Positions 13,610-28,700 of a stretch of DNA of 64,000 nt are shown piece after piece. Position numbers and translations under genes: made by a program. Every line of letters begins with the position of its first letter. Position 1 is the stretch's first letter. This DNA comes from Veleropilina oligotropha (lineage: Eukaryota). The DNA lies in contig JBEUKZ010000098.1 of the NCBI GenBank assembly GCA_048128005.1, positions 124,001-188,000 on the forward strand, given 5' to 3'. The notes under the pieces were generated by a model that worked only from the letters and a program-made list of their open reading frames with translations, searched no databases and was not told the origin of the DNA.

Positions 13610-14103
13610 GAGGAGGAGGAGGAGGAATGATGCTTAATGTCCTGTATGTTTACAACATCGAGGTTCAAGGCAGGACATGTCCGTGTTATCGCGGGAGGAA
13701 ACCCCGGTCGCCCGGGTAAACCCGCCCTCTTTGGCCAGTCACGGACAACTGTGATTCATAACTTGAACAAATGTCAATGCCTCTGCCAGGTATTGAACCC
13801 ACTACTGTTCGCATTAGCGGAATCGAGCCAGTGAAGTGGATGGATTGATGCTTATGTTTTTAATGTCATGTATATTTACAACCATGAGGTTCAAAACAGG
13901 ACATGTCCATATTATGGCAGGAGGAAAGCCCGGTCACTCGAGGAAACCTGCCATCTTCGACCAGTTGACTGACAACTGTGATTCAACTGAATAAATTATG
14001 TCATGCCCAAACCGAGATGTGTACCTACAACTGTTCTCGTCGGCGGAATCAAGCCAGTGATTTCAGAGTCTGCAACTAAACTACACGACTGTCGGAGCGG
14101 CCC
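13610..14103 (-). mobile_element. two adjacent S1 SINE copies
   Basis: Reverse-complement matches to 26212-26474 at about 13610-13840 and 13845-14103. Confidence 0.75.
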
Positions 14104-14819
14104 TACGATGCCTGAAGAACACCCAAATATCACAAAAGGTTTGGCCCCAGGTATTATCATTTTTATCAACATGTGTCCACTCAAGAAATTATCGCATGCT
14201 CCTCACGAAACTTGCTAGATGGATTTCCGAGGTTGTTAGATGTGTTGATCCATTACAAGTTGTAGTAAATGGGTTTCAAATGACTGATCACTGGACATAA
14301 GTGTTTTTCTCCCTGTAGATGTTCTTGTATGCATGACCCTGGCTATTTATGGAGACATTAAATACACACATGACTAAGTACATCACCTTTTGTTCTTGTG
14401 AAGGACTCTTTTGGTCATTTTGTGAACCTGTCTGTTTTCTGTTCACAGTGATGAGAAATTTCTTTTAATAATATTGTTTGAACTCAACCACTTTGATAAC
14501 AGCTTATCGCGTGACTAATCATCAGAATCATATCACATCCGAATCATGACCAAACTCTGACGGAATTGTCCAAGGCAATCCATCAACTTTTTCAATTTTG
14601 CTAACAGGCATGAGTTAAAACATAACCTTCCTGGTGAATAGTAAATCTAGATTTACTTACTTTGAAACATTGTTTCTGAAATGATTACGTTTCAGTCAGT
14701 ACACTGCAGACCGTAACGTCGTAATTTTCTATGTTTTCTATTTACTATCCATTCTTGAAACCATGGACAATTTATTTCATAAAATTTCTGGTGGATGTAA
14801 ATAGGTTTCTTGCTCACTC

Positions 14820-15220
14820 ACTATCTGGATTTACGTCTCGTTTTCCACACATGGAGTTGGACAGTTCTTGGCAGCACGAAGCTCTCTTCTCCAGGCAACA
14901 CGATCATGGGGGATCAGTTTCAGTCATCCCCCATGCCTCACGGTCATTTTTGATTGTCTCTTGCCTTTTTTTCTTTGGGCGGCCGGGTTTCTTCGTAGAG
15001 GGTACAGCAATGTTTCGGCACATGTTAATCCAGCCGGAGTTCCTCTCCACATGACGAAACCATCTGATGTGGGAAGCACGTAGAATGTCATCTAGACTTG
15101 GGATGTCTAAAAGCTGGACGGTGCTGATTTCCTGGTTTGGCTTGACATTGCAGGTCCAGCGGATCATTGCTCTGTCGTTGTGATGCAATCTGGCAAGGAT
15201 TGGTTTGGTTTGCGCCCAGT
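14820..15220 (-). mobile_element. RTE-like LINE 3' fragment
   Basis: MIRWTCNV..IRWFRHVER..KKPGRPKK resembles the RTE ORF C-terminus. Confidence 0.6.
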
Positions 15221-18036
15221 AGTAATAAAGGCACGATCAACTACGACATCATATTAGATCAATGCAAGAAGCGACCTTTGCGGGGGAGTGGTTGAAGCAT
15301 TGGACGTTCGACAGAGAGATTCTATCGCTTAGATAACAATATATAATAAAGGGCATATATACCAATATCTGTCTGTTAAGATAGAGATATTAAAACCAGG
15401 GCTCCTGACCACATCACAGCTTAATTATTTTGATGGGAGATGACTTGAAAACAATAATTATAGTCATTCGGATAAATGCTTTAAAACTCTTTGCTTGCTG
15501 TGCATTCAGTAACTCAATGAGAATTGATCAGCATTTGCTGCCACCAGAGGACAAAGAGTTATCCCATATTAACACCTATCGTGATAATTTCTGGAAATGT
15601 CCATATTAATATCGCTGGAGTAAAGCCCAGAGGACCTTTCCGCGTCAGATATGGACTACTGTGGATAGTAATTCCACAAAGTGTCGAGAGTGGGTCAGGA
15701 CTCTAACACACTCCTGCGAAGTCATTGCAATTTGTAAGAGTTAATTTTGAAGACGCTTCTACATAACTCGGCCATGGGATGTCCTGAGATCCAAGTGTGA
15801 TATCACTGAAATGTGAAAGTGATCTTGAAATACAACAACGTAATGAAATAACACAATGTCACTTTATACTCTTGCTCCTATTTAGGTGCAAAATTCCATT
15901 TATTTGATTTAATTCAATGAAAAAACAACATTATGCTTAAAGTCTTACAAAGACAGGATCAGACTCTACATATTCTATAAATAGAACATCACTACTGACA
16001 ACAAATTACATCATGTAATAAATGTACTCGTAAATTAACATGTTATGGAAATTTTGAAAATCATATTTAGATAAATGTCATGTACATCAAATAAAAATAC
16101 ATTGATAAACCAAAATCTTTTGTAATGCAATAGGAACGAGATCCTTTTAAATTGTGCACAATATAATCGTAAATAAGAAAATATTGCCGTCTGTTATTGA
16201 GCCTGCAAAATCCTTTAGTAATTACTTTGAACATAGTTCCACAAAATCCTACAGTAATCCATTTAATATGTTCTTCGATATGCCAAGATTTTTTTAATCC
16301 TACCATACACACCATGGGCAAAATTATGTGAACAATAGGCCTCCTGGTGTTAATTGTTCCGAGACAATGGTTAACTCGGCAAGTCGAGTTTCTCATATAA
16401 TGCTCTAAAGGCGTTATAGTGGACAATTGGATGTTTTAAGGGATTACAGCTTGCAATTTACAATAGATTTCCACGGTGTGTATAACAGATAATACAGCTG
16501 CCACCCCCTATTGTTATAAGCCAAACAGCCTCACTGTGGCTCGGTCTGTTAATGGCTTATAACGCCTCAAGCTGGCAGTGTATTATCTGTTACGTAATTC
16601 ATTTTATACTTGCCAAAACACCTACAATATTTGTTTTAAATACGTTCCATGAAATCCTACATGAATTCATTTTAATGCATGTACAACGTACATATTGTGA
16701 CTAAGCGCAATGCTTTAAAAAGGAAATCAAATTTAACCCTGGTGGCGTAGATAACCGACACCGCAACTCTTTAACAGCGACTTTTTAATACTACGTTCAG
16801 ACTTGGCTTCCGGTGAAGACGCAGGATTATATTAACGCGGCACAGATGTTCAGACTGAAGCGATTTCAGCTGCTTTATCACGTTTTTGCGAGATAATTAG
16901 TACACACTGGTGCATATTATTTTCACTTTAGTAGTCTCTGGCTGACCCGGGTTTATCGCACAAGAAATTCTGCTCCCAAGCAGAAATTTGTTCCGATCCA
17001 TGAAGCAGTATATTTTCTAGTGCCTCTCGCGGGTAAATCGCGATATTTTTCTGGTCTGAACAAGGTATAATAATTATTGAATACTCCGCAAAATACTATT
17101 ATACCATAGCCACATGATGACTGTGTCGAGATGCCAATATATTTATACTGAATTATGACAAACATTTCCACAATAACCGAGTTGTAACAATGTGTACCCT
17201 ACTAATGATGAGTAATCCGAGGCCACTAGTTCAAAATTATTGGAGATAATTATGCGGCTATTCTCACTGGATGTGAGCGACATCACATCTTTTCTTCACA
17301 ACCTGAAATTTTCATGGATGTCATACATGATGGTGCATTTTCTACCTTCAAGTTGGTAACGTTCTTTAATTTTCAACCCTATCTCTTAATACACAACATT
17401 AGTCTCAAATTTGGTACATTTCACTTTAAAATTGGGTGAAATCATTACAGAAAACACAATGGATAGGGTATGTATATCTGTACTGAAAATCCATGAATCA
17501 AGGGTTTATATAATGAATGAAAATTTAATATTGCCAAAACTCAGATGAAAATTCTATTGTGTATCATAATAATCTGCTATTAGTCATTTTATAGTCAAAA
17601 GACATTTATTAAAATAATTTTAATTTAGTAACATTTCTGACAATCAGAGATGATTGAATCGCAGACCCTAGGAATCCCGTGACAAGTCTCAACATATTTT
17701 TACACTTTCTGATTTGAAGTATGGGAAAATGAATCTGGACATTGACAAAATGGATGAGCTATCCTTCCCTGTGCAAGGGTTTCTATTGGAATAATGATCG
17801 TTAATATTAGATGAATTATGAATTAATGTTTAATGATCACTATTTTTCTGCCATAATTGATAAATGAAATAAATCGATCTACTCTGCCACATTGAATGAT
17901 GAAATTTGGGTATATGTTATAGAACAATAGCTAAAGCTCAAAATGGCTCGCATGCGTGAAAATGCGCATCAATCACTTATATTTCATAAGTATTACGAGT
18001 GGTAATTTATAGGTAAATTTCAATTAAATTAAATTA

Positions 18037-18895
18037 AACTAGAGTTATCACAGGTGTGATCATATGCGTGACAAGTCGCGGTGACCTACTTTTGGTACGC
18101 GACACCTTTGTATTATGACGCATCCACACAGCAAGTTTTGTGTCCCTATATCTAGGTCAAATATTATGGGAGATATGGAACGAAGGGAATTTTGGACCAA
18201 ATGCAGTCAAGCATGAAAAGTAGGTCACAGTGACCTATTTTCAGAACGCGACACATCTTTGGGTTATGACGCATAGACACATCAAGTTTCGTGTCCCTTG
18301 GTCAAATAGTATGAGAGATATTGAATGGAAGGGAATTTTGGACCAAGTGCGGTCAAGTGTGAAAAGTAGGTCGCAGTGATCTAGTTTCGGTATGAGACAC
18401 ACCTTTGGATTATGATGCAAGCACACATCAAGTTTCTTGTCCCTAGGCAAAATAGTATCGGAGATATGGAGCAGAAGGGAATTTTGGAACAAGTGCGGTC
18501 AAGTGTGAAAAGTAGGTCACGGTGACCTACTTTCGGTACACGACACATCTTTGGGTTATGATGCATCTACACATCAAAATTATGCCTATTTTTGCACATA
18601 TAGCATGCTTGAGAAACTTCAACCAAAAACTTTAACGAAAATTTATATGTTCAAAATGACATTTTAAGGTGAAATTTAAATTAAATTACCTTCAATATTA
18701 TTTATTTAGGGTCAGGTAACAATTAAATAGTGATATCTAGCACATAGAATGTTAAAACATGCATATTGTTGCTTATATAGCATGATTGAGAAACATTAAC
18801 TAAAAACTTTAACGGAAAACCAATTGTTGACGCCGAACGGCCGGACGACATGCTCATTACATAGACTCGCATTTGCGTTGCATGTGAGCCAAAAA
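18037..18895 (-). mobile_element. HINE-like element with ~145-bp central repeats (chimeric)
   Basis: AACTAG end, monomers as in 22956-24352, GACG-type microsatellite, terminal hairpin ctcgcat..atgtgag. Confidence 0.7.
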
Positions 18896-20129
18896 TCCCT
18901 GGCACACATGGGTATCTATCTCAGGATTCCATGTGTTAAGTTTTTTCATACCGACCACGCTAACTTAACAACATAAATAATTTGAAATTAAGATAACAGA
19001 TGCAAATAACATTAGATAAATAATTGACCCAGCACATATTATGCAGTTTCTATTTTATATATTTACAAGTGAGAAATATATATAAATAAATCTAAATTTA
19101 GTTCACAGAACAAACACAAATTATTTTAGAAAAATAACATCTCAAAATGACCACGTCATACTACATTTACATCTTTGGCCAACCTATATTCCCTTAAATA
19201 ATATAAAATAAAATACCAGAGTCCAGCAAATTACAAGCAAGATTTTGCAAAATAAAGTAAATCTAAAACTTAACATAGTATAAAATACAGACATATTAAC
19301 CATTACGTTATAAAAGAAAATGACAGTAGATAAGCCGTTTGCAAAGTATAACATATTCACTATTGTATAACAATGAATTTCACGACTATATGAATAAGTA
19401 CTCATTACGTGTATTATTATTACAGACCCAGATGAATGATATGGTCAATATTGCAATCAAAATTTCTTCCCAGTTCGCTTTCGAAAGACACTGTATTTCG
19501 GAAAATAAAGTAAACAATTATATGACAGGCCAGTTACGAACAGTCTCTTACCATCGAAGTAACTCCTGTATCACCTATAAATGATTAGATGCCACATCAT
19601 ACAGTGTGATAATAACAGGCACCCCACCCCATTACATGTAGATGTGTGATAACAAAAGACACCCCTGTACATGTAGAGAAACTCAGTCAGGTATTTTAGA
19701 TTCATTCTATAAATCATTGATTCAGAATTCATCATGTTAATACTTGAAAAGCAACGATCCACAATTTCTATGATTTATTGAGAATTAGTTTGACATACGT
19801 ATTAATAAAGTAATGCTGAGAGATCGAATTTATCAGACACACGTCCAGTTTGACAATTCGCACACCTATACGATTCTATGATTGGCTGTCTTTGTATTGT
19901 AGAGAGTCCGATCCAATTTATATTGATATTGGTATAATATAAATTGACGCATCTTTTTATGGTGAAATTAACATAAAGCATCAGTAGTATGTATAGTGAC
20001 CTGAAGAAACTTATAATATACCACATTATGTTTACATAACATCTGCTTGGAGTCATTTAATTGTCCTCAAAAAATATAATTAGAAAACAACATTTATTCA
20101 AATTTCATGATTATCTATTCTTAAATTAA

Positions 20130-21267
20130 TTATCACCAGATAACTCTTCTACAACAATGACAAGAAGTGTGGGAGCCACACATTATCCCATCGGGTTTGT
20201 CATAATTGATGGAGTGTACAGTGTTAAGTTGATAAAGGGGAATAACTGAGCACATACTTGGCGAAATTTTAGGAAAATGTAACATGACCCCCTGTGTTTT
20301 ATTTGAAACACAGTCACAAGATGTGAACAATATCTGATGCGAGGTTATGAAGATAATTGATGGAAACTAAATATTAATGTCGAAAAAGGGAAAGTTTATA
20401 TCGAAAAAAGGGCATAACTCAACTGTGCAAATATTTGGCAGAATAATCTGAAATTCAATAGCAACCTAATTTATGTCCCAATAAACCTGCATACCAAATT
20501 TGAATTCCCTAGGTATTACGGTTTTCCTTATATCATGTTCATGTCGTCAGAAAAGGAAAGTTTGTCGAAAAAGGGGGATAACTGTGCAAATATTCGGTGG
20601 AATAATCTGAAATTCAATAGCAACCTAGTTTATGTCCCAATAAACCTGCATACCAAATTGGAACTCCCTAGCTGTTACGGTTTTCCTTATATCATGTTCA
20701 CGTCGTCCGAAAAGGAAAGTTTGTCGAAAAAGGGGGATAACTGTGGAAATATTTGGCGGATTAATCTGAAATTCAAGAGCAATCTAGTTTATGTCCCAAT
20801 AAACCTTCATACCAAATTTGAATTCCCTAGCTGTTACGGTTTTCCTGATATCTTGTTCACGTCGTCCGAAATGGAAGTTTCAAGTCGAAAAAGGGGGATA
20901 ACTGTGGACATATATGGCGGAAGAATCTGAAATTCAATAGCAACCTAGTTTATGTCCCAATAAACCTACATGCCAAATTTGAATTCCGTAGTTGGTACGG
21001 TTTTCCTGATATCGTGATCACGTCGTCCAAAACGAAAATTCTGTCAAAAAAGGGGGATAACCGTGGAAATATTTGGTGGAAGAATCTGAAATTCAATAGC
21101 AACCTAGTTTATGTCCCAATAAACATGCATGCCAAATTTGAATTCCCTAGCTGCTATGGTTTTCCTGATATCGTGATCACGTCTATACGGACAGGCGGGC
21201 GGACGGACTACGTGACAACATAATCCCATCGTTTTTTTAAAAACGGTTTAAACCGATGGGATAAAAA
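20130..21267 (-). mobile_element. HINE-like element with about five 159-bp central repeats
   Basis: Monomer spacing 159/159/161/159; ACGG microsatellite; hairpin atcccatcg..cgatgggat; atcccatcg also at about 20186. Confidence 0.75.
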
Positions 21268-22410
21268 CACACAGTCATGACAGTTGTTCTCAATAACTAT
21301 GTAACATTTACTGACAAATCTCAATATTTTTGGCAAATCGTATTTCATATAGCACAGGATATAAACATTATAACCATCATGTAAAAGGGATGCATTTATG
21401 TAAAATATTATGCTCCGTAATATTCCATGAATTTCCAACATTAAATCTATTTTCATGATCATATTTTCATATGTTAAACAATTACATTTTATATCTGTAT
21501 ATCAGGTAAGAATTAATTATACCATGGTTACTTTGCATACAATTTTCACCCAATTCGTTATTAATAAATGAAATCCAAACTTGAAGCATAGTATCCATGG
21601 TATTGCGTTGTCCCGAATGCATTACATGCCTATTCCCAGCCATTGCGGACATGATTATATTTGACAGATGCATTGAATGCTAGCCACATACAATATCTTT
21701 ACCATTGTCTTGTTAAAAGTTTACACTTAGTACAAATAAATATAGATGGAACAACATCAAAACAGATGAGTACTAATAAATATAGTGCGATTAAGTAAAA
21801 TATTATCTCCAAATTGGAACGACGATGAATGGTGGTAATTAAAAGATCATGGATTAAATTTGACAATGATCTCGTTGTGCAAATATTAATAAAAATATCA
21901 AATAATGACATATACATGAATATCAAATGTAACGCTCGTATGCCGTACCATATTACCTACTAACGTACTGTAGTAAAGGTGCACATAGTCTTGACCCAAG
22001 CGAGGACGAAAACATGCTCACCTGACTTTACAATTACCTACATAACTAAGGCGCCATTTAAAGCAATGCTCTTACCCCTAACCATCAGGAGCTGAGGTTA
22101 AAGGATGGTATTATTAAGTCGATGTTCCTACCATGTGCAAATTTTAAGTTTATTGCAACAACTTTTTTAGCAAATATACGTTTGCAGTGTTAATATCATA
22201 TTGGTACATGGGATATTCAACATTCCCATCATTTTGATTTTAAATTCCTAAGACCCTTTTCTTCCCTGCGTGCATTCTTCTGTAATAAGTATACAGATTC
22301 TTTCAAATATATATACACCACCATTTCTGAACTCGAAAGTCCGGAAAGCTTTTTGCCACATTTGTAGAACAGAGCATTCCTTGCGTTGTTGTGCATTTAC
22401 ATTACAAGTA

Positions 22411-22720
22411 TCATGACGGAAGTGGGGACATGATGCTGTGCTTTTTCGTTTGACTCGCTGCGGCCTTGTGGGCTTTTTGTAAGTCCATGATTGTATCAAA
22501 CGTCTTGCTGAATGTTGACGCCTGATCCACTTTGGCTTCTATAGATGCACTGCTACCTGAATTCTGGTCCTGATATTCAATTGGCTGAGTGTCTACTTCC
22601 TGTCCTGTTGCATCATGGGATTGATTTTCCAGCTCCTCCCTTGTTGAGTGACTGTCAGTCAAGGCACATCTGTTGAATTCATCACGAGTTATGTCAGTGG
22701 CATTAGGAATATATTTTTGC
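22411..22720 (-). CDS. RASAL1: RasGAP last coding exon
   Basis: QKYIPNATD...TFDTIMDLQKAHKAAASQTKKHSIMSPLPS*; phase-2 acceptor matches; DLxxAH resembles the GAP1-family C-terminal helix. Confidence 0.8.
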
Positions 22721-25700
22721 CTGAATGAAAAAATATTAAAATTATAATAAATTTTATAAATGATTTAACACTCTGTAGTGGTGGAGATAGAAAGCATGTA
22801 TCCAATCAGCAATTTCGCATTATGCAGTTTCAAAAAGTGTGGCATTCCAATGCCTATGGTTGGAGGACCCCTGAGGATGTTGAAAATCTAATGTAAATTT
22901 ATGCATATGGAGCAAAATTACCCTGTGTAAGCATGGAACTAATGTAAACAAAAACAATTAGAGCTATCACAGGAGTTCATGATCACATGCCCCCACGAAC
23001 AGGAACAGGACCCAGGAACAGGCTGTTGCATACACACATGAAGTTTCATGTCCCTCAGTCAAATAGTATGGGAGTCAATGCGGTCAAGTGTGAAAAGTAG
23101 GTCGTGGTGACCTACTTTCAGTATGCGACATAATTTTCAGTTATGACGCATACATACATAAAGTTTCCCTCGGTCAAATAGTATGGGAGATATTGAGCAC
23201 AAGGAAATTTTGGACCAAATGTGGTCAAGCATGAAAATTAGGTCACAGTGACCTACTTTTGGTACGCGACACACCTTTGGGTTATGACGCATACACACAT
23301 CAAATTTTGTGTCCCTCGGTCAAATAGTATGGAAGATACAGAGCAGAAGGGAATTTTGGACCAAATGCAGTCAAGTCTGAAATGTAGGTCGCAGTGACCT
23401 ACTTTCGGTACACAACACACCTTGGGTTATGACGCATCTAGTTTCATATCCCTCGGTCAAATAGTATGGAAGATATGGAGCGGAAAGGAATTTTGGAATA
23501 AGTGCAATCAAGCATGAAAAGTAGGTCGTGGTGACCTACTTTCGGTGCGCAGCACACCTTTGGGTTATGATGCAAACACATCAAATTTCGTGTCCCTCGG
23601 TCAAATAGTAATGAAGATATGGTGCGGAAGGGAATTTTGTATCAAATGCGGTCAAGTCCGAAATGTAGGTCGCAATGACCTACTTTCGGTACGCGACACA
23701 CCTTTGGGTTATGACGCATACACACATCAAGTTTCATGTCCATCGGTCAAATAATATGGGAAATATGGAGCAGAAGGGAATTTTGGATTAAGTGCAGTCA
23801 AGCATGAAAAGTAGGTCGTGGTGACCTACTTTCGGTGCGCAGCACACCTTTGGGTTATGACGCATACACGCATCAAATGTTGTGTCCCTCGGTCAAATAG
23901 TATGGAAGATACAGAGCAGAAGGGAATTTTGCAGTCAAGTCTGAAATGTAGGTCGCAGTGACCTACTTTCGGTACACAACACACCTTGGGTTATGACGCA
24001 TATACGCATCTAGTTTCATATCCCTCGGTCAAATAGTATGGAAGATATGAGGTACACCTTTGGGTTATGACGCATACACATCAAGTTTCATGCCCCTCAG
24101 TCAAATAATATGGGAGATATGGAGCAGAAGGGAATTTTGGATTAAGTGCAGTCAAGCATGAAAAGTAGGTCATGATGACCTACTTTCGGTACGTTGCACA
24201 CCTTTGGGTTATGACGCATGCACACATCAAGTTTCGTGTCCCTCGGTCAAATAGTATGGGAGATATGGAGCGGTAGGGAATTTGCAACCGACCGGCCGAC
24301 AGACAAAGCTGACTCCTATATGCCCCCATAACTTCGTTTGTGGGGGCACAAACATTTTGTTCATTATTTATATTTTATTCTATTCAATTTTACTACCAGA
24401 GTGTCAGATGGTGATATCAATCTATCCCTTATATACAAATGTGGTCTCATTGTTACAAAATCGACTGAATTGCGTTGAAATCCCTGGTGTATGGCCTTTA
24501 TTTGACTAGCGAAAAATGTGCACAGCAGCCATTATTTTCTGGATGTTTTTATACCGACTGTATCCAACACGTGATGTTAGATGAGCATCCATCCTGATTT
24601 CAGGCTCATTCTCTCCCCACAATTAATGCATATTTGAACATGTGGAACAGCTAATTACCTGAGGTAATTGTGTCCATTGGACAGCTGCGTGAATATGATC
24701 TGGGATTCCACGTCGGGATCAATCGGATCTCGCCAGTCACCGAGGGTTACCTGCAAATTTGTTTCACTGCAGCCAGAATCTGCAGACAATGCAAATAAGA
24801 ATCGTATTCATAAGATTCGAAACTGAAAATTATAAAATAATATCAATGATTAACAACTTTGTGGTTATCTCGGTTTTTGGGAAAAGTTATATTGGACTCG
24901 ATTTTGATGCTAGATAATTAACTTGTCGTTGACTTCTATAGCCATTCGCACAACTAGTTCAATTTTAACAAATCTGCAATCATAGGCTATATTACCTGTG
25001 GTGTTGCATCAAATTCGGTTTTGACATGTTTTTGGCAAAATAGACTAAAACTTTTGTAGGAGTCATGCACAGCACCATGCATATGTTAAGGCCGATTCTG
25101 AGCCAGATGTATAATGGATGGCAAAGAGGCTGTATGTGCATTCAACCAATTAAAAATGCAAATTAAGACATCAATATCTGTGCACAGAATGAACATAATT
25201 ATACAGAAACTGTTGCTTTACCATGATAGTACTATATATCATGTATACCTTTCTCTTCCACCTTGTGGCAGCAATTCCACTTGCTATTTCTGTAGACTCC
25301 TGGATGAAAGTTTGTGCATAAATGCTTGTTCAGCGCGCAAGTCTTCCGTATGGCCGATATCCATGAATACAGTTCATTAATATCCTGAGAATAAAATAGC
25401 TTGATGCAGAAAACTTGCTTAATTAAGACTTAGCCAACAGCACATATCTGATTGATCATTTGCATGTTTGATGATGTGATTTGGTCATAACTCATTAATC
25501 CAAACATGGACCCAAAGTTATTTAACTTTGGTGATCTGATTTGACCATAGCCCGTCATTTCAAAATTGATGTAAAATCTTAGAGTTATCGTACAGTCATA
25601 GGGAATATACATCAATTCTAACTAGAAAATTTGTATACCCATATACAGGCATACTAATGTTAAAATCCATATAATATAACTGCCAGAATATCAGGTGACA

Positions 25701-28700
25701 TCATAATAGCCAATGCTAAGGCATATATAGGCTAACAAGAATTACACGGAAGTGGATGTGTCACATACGGGGCCGTTATTCTTGAAGGAATACACTGAGT
25801 TTCACGAAACTGCCCAAGAATCCATATTTTCTTAAATCCTTAAAGAAATAACATACTTGAATTGGATCAATGGATGGCTTGCTTTCCATACATTGAATAA
25901 ACTTTTAATTATTAAAGGACGAGACACAATTTGATGTTTTAGTTACGAAGTAGAGTTTGTTTTCTGTTTTAGGTCAATTAATAAGATGTCATTGAGTTTT
26001 ATTGACATGGAACAGAAAGCAAACTCTGTCTTGATATTGTCAAACAATTAATTGGTGTCAAAGCATTATAATTAACTTGGAGAACGTCACACCCACTCAT
26101 GTGTACACATCAATGATGCTGAAATGACAGTTAATGCGCAAGTCAACAATCTTTGCCTAAAATTTGGACAATCAATATGAATGATGAGATGAATCGACCA
26201 TCTTAAAAAAAGGGGCCGCTTCGGTAGCGCAGTGGGTAGAGTGTTCACTCTAAATTCACTGGCTTGTTTCCGCTGACGCGAACAGTAGTGGGATCGACCC
26301 CCGGCTGAGGCAGCACACATTTGTTCAAGTTATGAAGCACAGTTGTCCGTGACTGGCCGAAGAGGGCGGGTTTACCCGGGCGACCGGGGTTTCCTCCCGC
26401 GATAACACGGACATGTCCTGCCTTGAACCTCGATGTTATAAATATACAGGACATTAAGCATAATTCCTCCTCCTTAAAAAAAGACAGCAGTATTGTAGGA
26501 AAATCTCCGGCACATCCGAGGATCGAATTCACGTCTCCTGGCTTTGTAGACCAGCATCCTATCCAATTGGCCACATTGCTCCTGTACACAATGAAGAGTG
26601 TCACAGAATCAAAAATCCAAGATGGCCACTGGCGGCCATCTTGAACATCGGAACTGGTTGAAAATCGAAATTAGGTGGTAAATTGATGCCACAAGTAAGT
26701 GTCCGAGCCGTAGCCACAGCCTATTTCAAGACGAGGCGAAATTTTGACGTCCACGTAGAGTACCGAAGATGATAGGGTGATAAATTTTAAAATCTAGATG
26801 GTCTGAAATGCAGTTTCCAGCGTTTCAGGCTTCAAATTCATCTTTCAATTGGGCAAAAAATGACGCAAAATATAGTGCTGCATATAAATTTGTTAAATTG
26901 AATTATAAATTAAATGGTCAGTTAGTCCAGCGGTGAAGTATTATATCACAGTCTGAAGTAGGGATGAACACATTTATACAATGTGAAAGCTTGCAACTGG
27001 TACTCCTTGAATGAGCAGAGCCAGTTGTAAAGAGGCATGATTACGAAATCTCTGCAAGTGCTTATAGCCAATGGAACAGACTGGGGATAGATGCAATGTG
27101 TTCTCCGCTTCAGTCGTCAAATTGATCCGACAGGCCGATTCAGTACAACCTCATCCACCACAGCCTATATTTCTATTGGACAGACCTTAATATGTTACTT
27201 TTCTTTAATTAACAACGTACATATATGTGGCAAAATGCTGACCAGACAGGATTTACCAATAGAGGAACAAAAAATTTAACTACTATATCTAGTATATATA
27301 TGCTCTAACACAACAGACTAGAGATTTTTCAGTCTGAATACCCCTGTATCAGCAATGACTCAATTTAAAAAGACTCTGTCCGTTATTATATAATGCTGCT
27401 CGATGCATCATCGAAATATCAACGTGTTTCATGAAAGGAAAGTTATCAAACAAAAATATAACTAGCGAATCCTCGACCCAGCAAGTCGAGGGGATGTATC
27501 CCCTCCCACGGTAGCAGAAATCAATGGGCACAGTGTCCTCATCATGCCAAACATGTATACCAAATTGGATGCAAATCGGATTAGAACTATTCACTGTAGA
27601 TCGCGCACAAGAAATATCTTCGAATAAAGTGGCCGCCGCAACGGCCATCTTGGATCCGAACACAAAAGGAAATCTTTAGGTGGCGTGTCCTCATCATAAC
27701 TGACGTGCATATCAAATAGGAAAATAACTTTTCACTGTAGTGCACGCACAAAAAACTCTTCAAATAAAATGGCCGCCACGCCGGCCATCTTGGATCAGAA
27801 AATGACTAAAATCGTTACGTGGCGTGTCCTCATCATAACTAACATGCATACCAAATTTGAATCAAATCGGATAATAACTTTTCACTGCAGAGCACGCACA
27901 AGAAACCTAATCAACCAAAATGGCCACCTTGACAGCTATCTTGGATCAGAAAATGAATAAAATCGTTACGTGGCGTGTCCTCATCATAACTAACATGCAT
28001 ACCAAATATAAATAAATTTGGATAATAACTTTTCACTGTAGGGCGCGCACAAGAAATCTCGTCAAACAAAATGGCCACCACGGTGGCCATCTTGGATCCT
28101 AAAATGACGAAAATCTTTAGGCGGCATGTACTCAACATCATAACGAACGCGCATATCAAATATAAATCAAATCGGAAAATAACTTTTCACTGTAGAGCGC
28201 ACACACAAAATTTCTCCAACCAAAATGGCCGCCATGGTGGCCATCTTTTATTCGAAAACAACGAAAATCGTTAGGTGGCGTGTCCTCATCATAACTGACG
28301 CGCATACCAAATTTGAATCAAATCGGATTAGAACCTTTCACTGTAGAGTGCACACAAGAAATCTCTGTGGCGGAAGCGGCTGAACGATGACAATATATTA
28401 TAAACCATACTATCCCCGAAATGTTAAGTTTCGGGGATACAATAACCAAATTATTCCCAAGTCAACTATAAATTAAAAGTTTGTCTTTATATGTGCCTAC
28501 CTTGAGAAAAAAGCCGCGTATGTCTGCTGATGCATTAAATTTTCCAAAATCTCAACTAATTTGCATATTACTTTGGATACTTTGACAGGGCCTCGCTTTA
28601 AGTTACTACGAACATAAAGCAGTCAAACTAAAATAACCTTTAAACACAACTTAGGACAAACATTCTATGTCACAAATGTCTAAAATAAAATCCTACTCAA

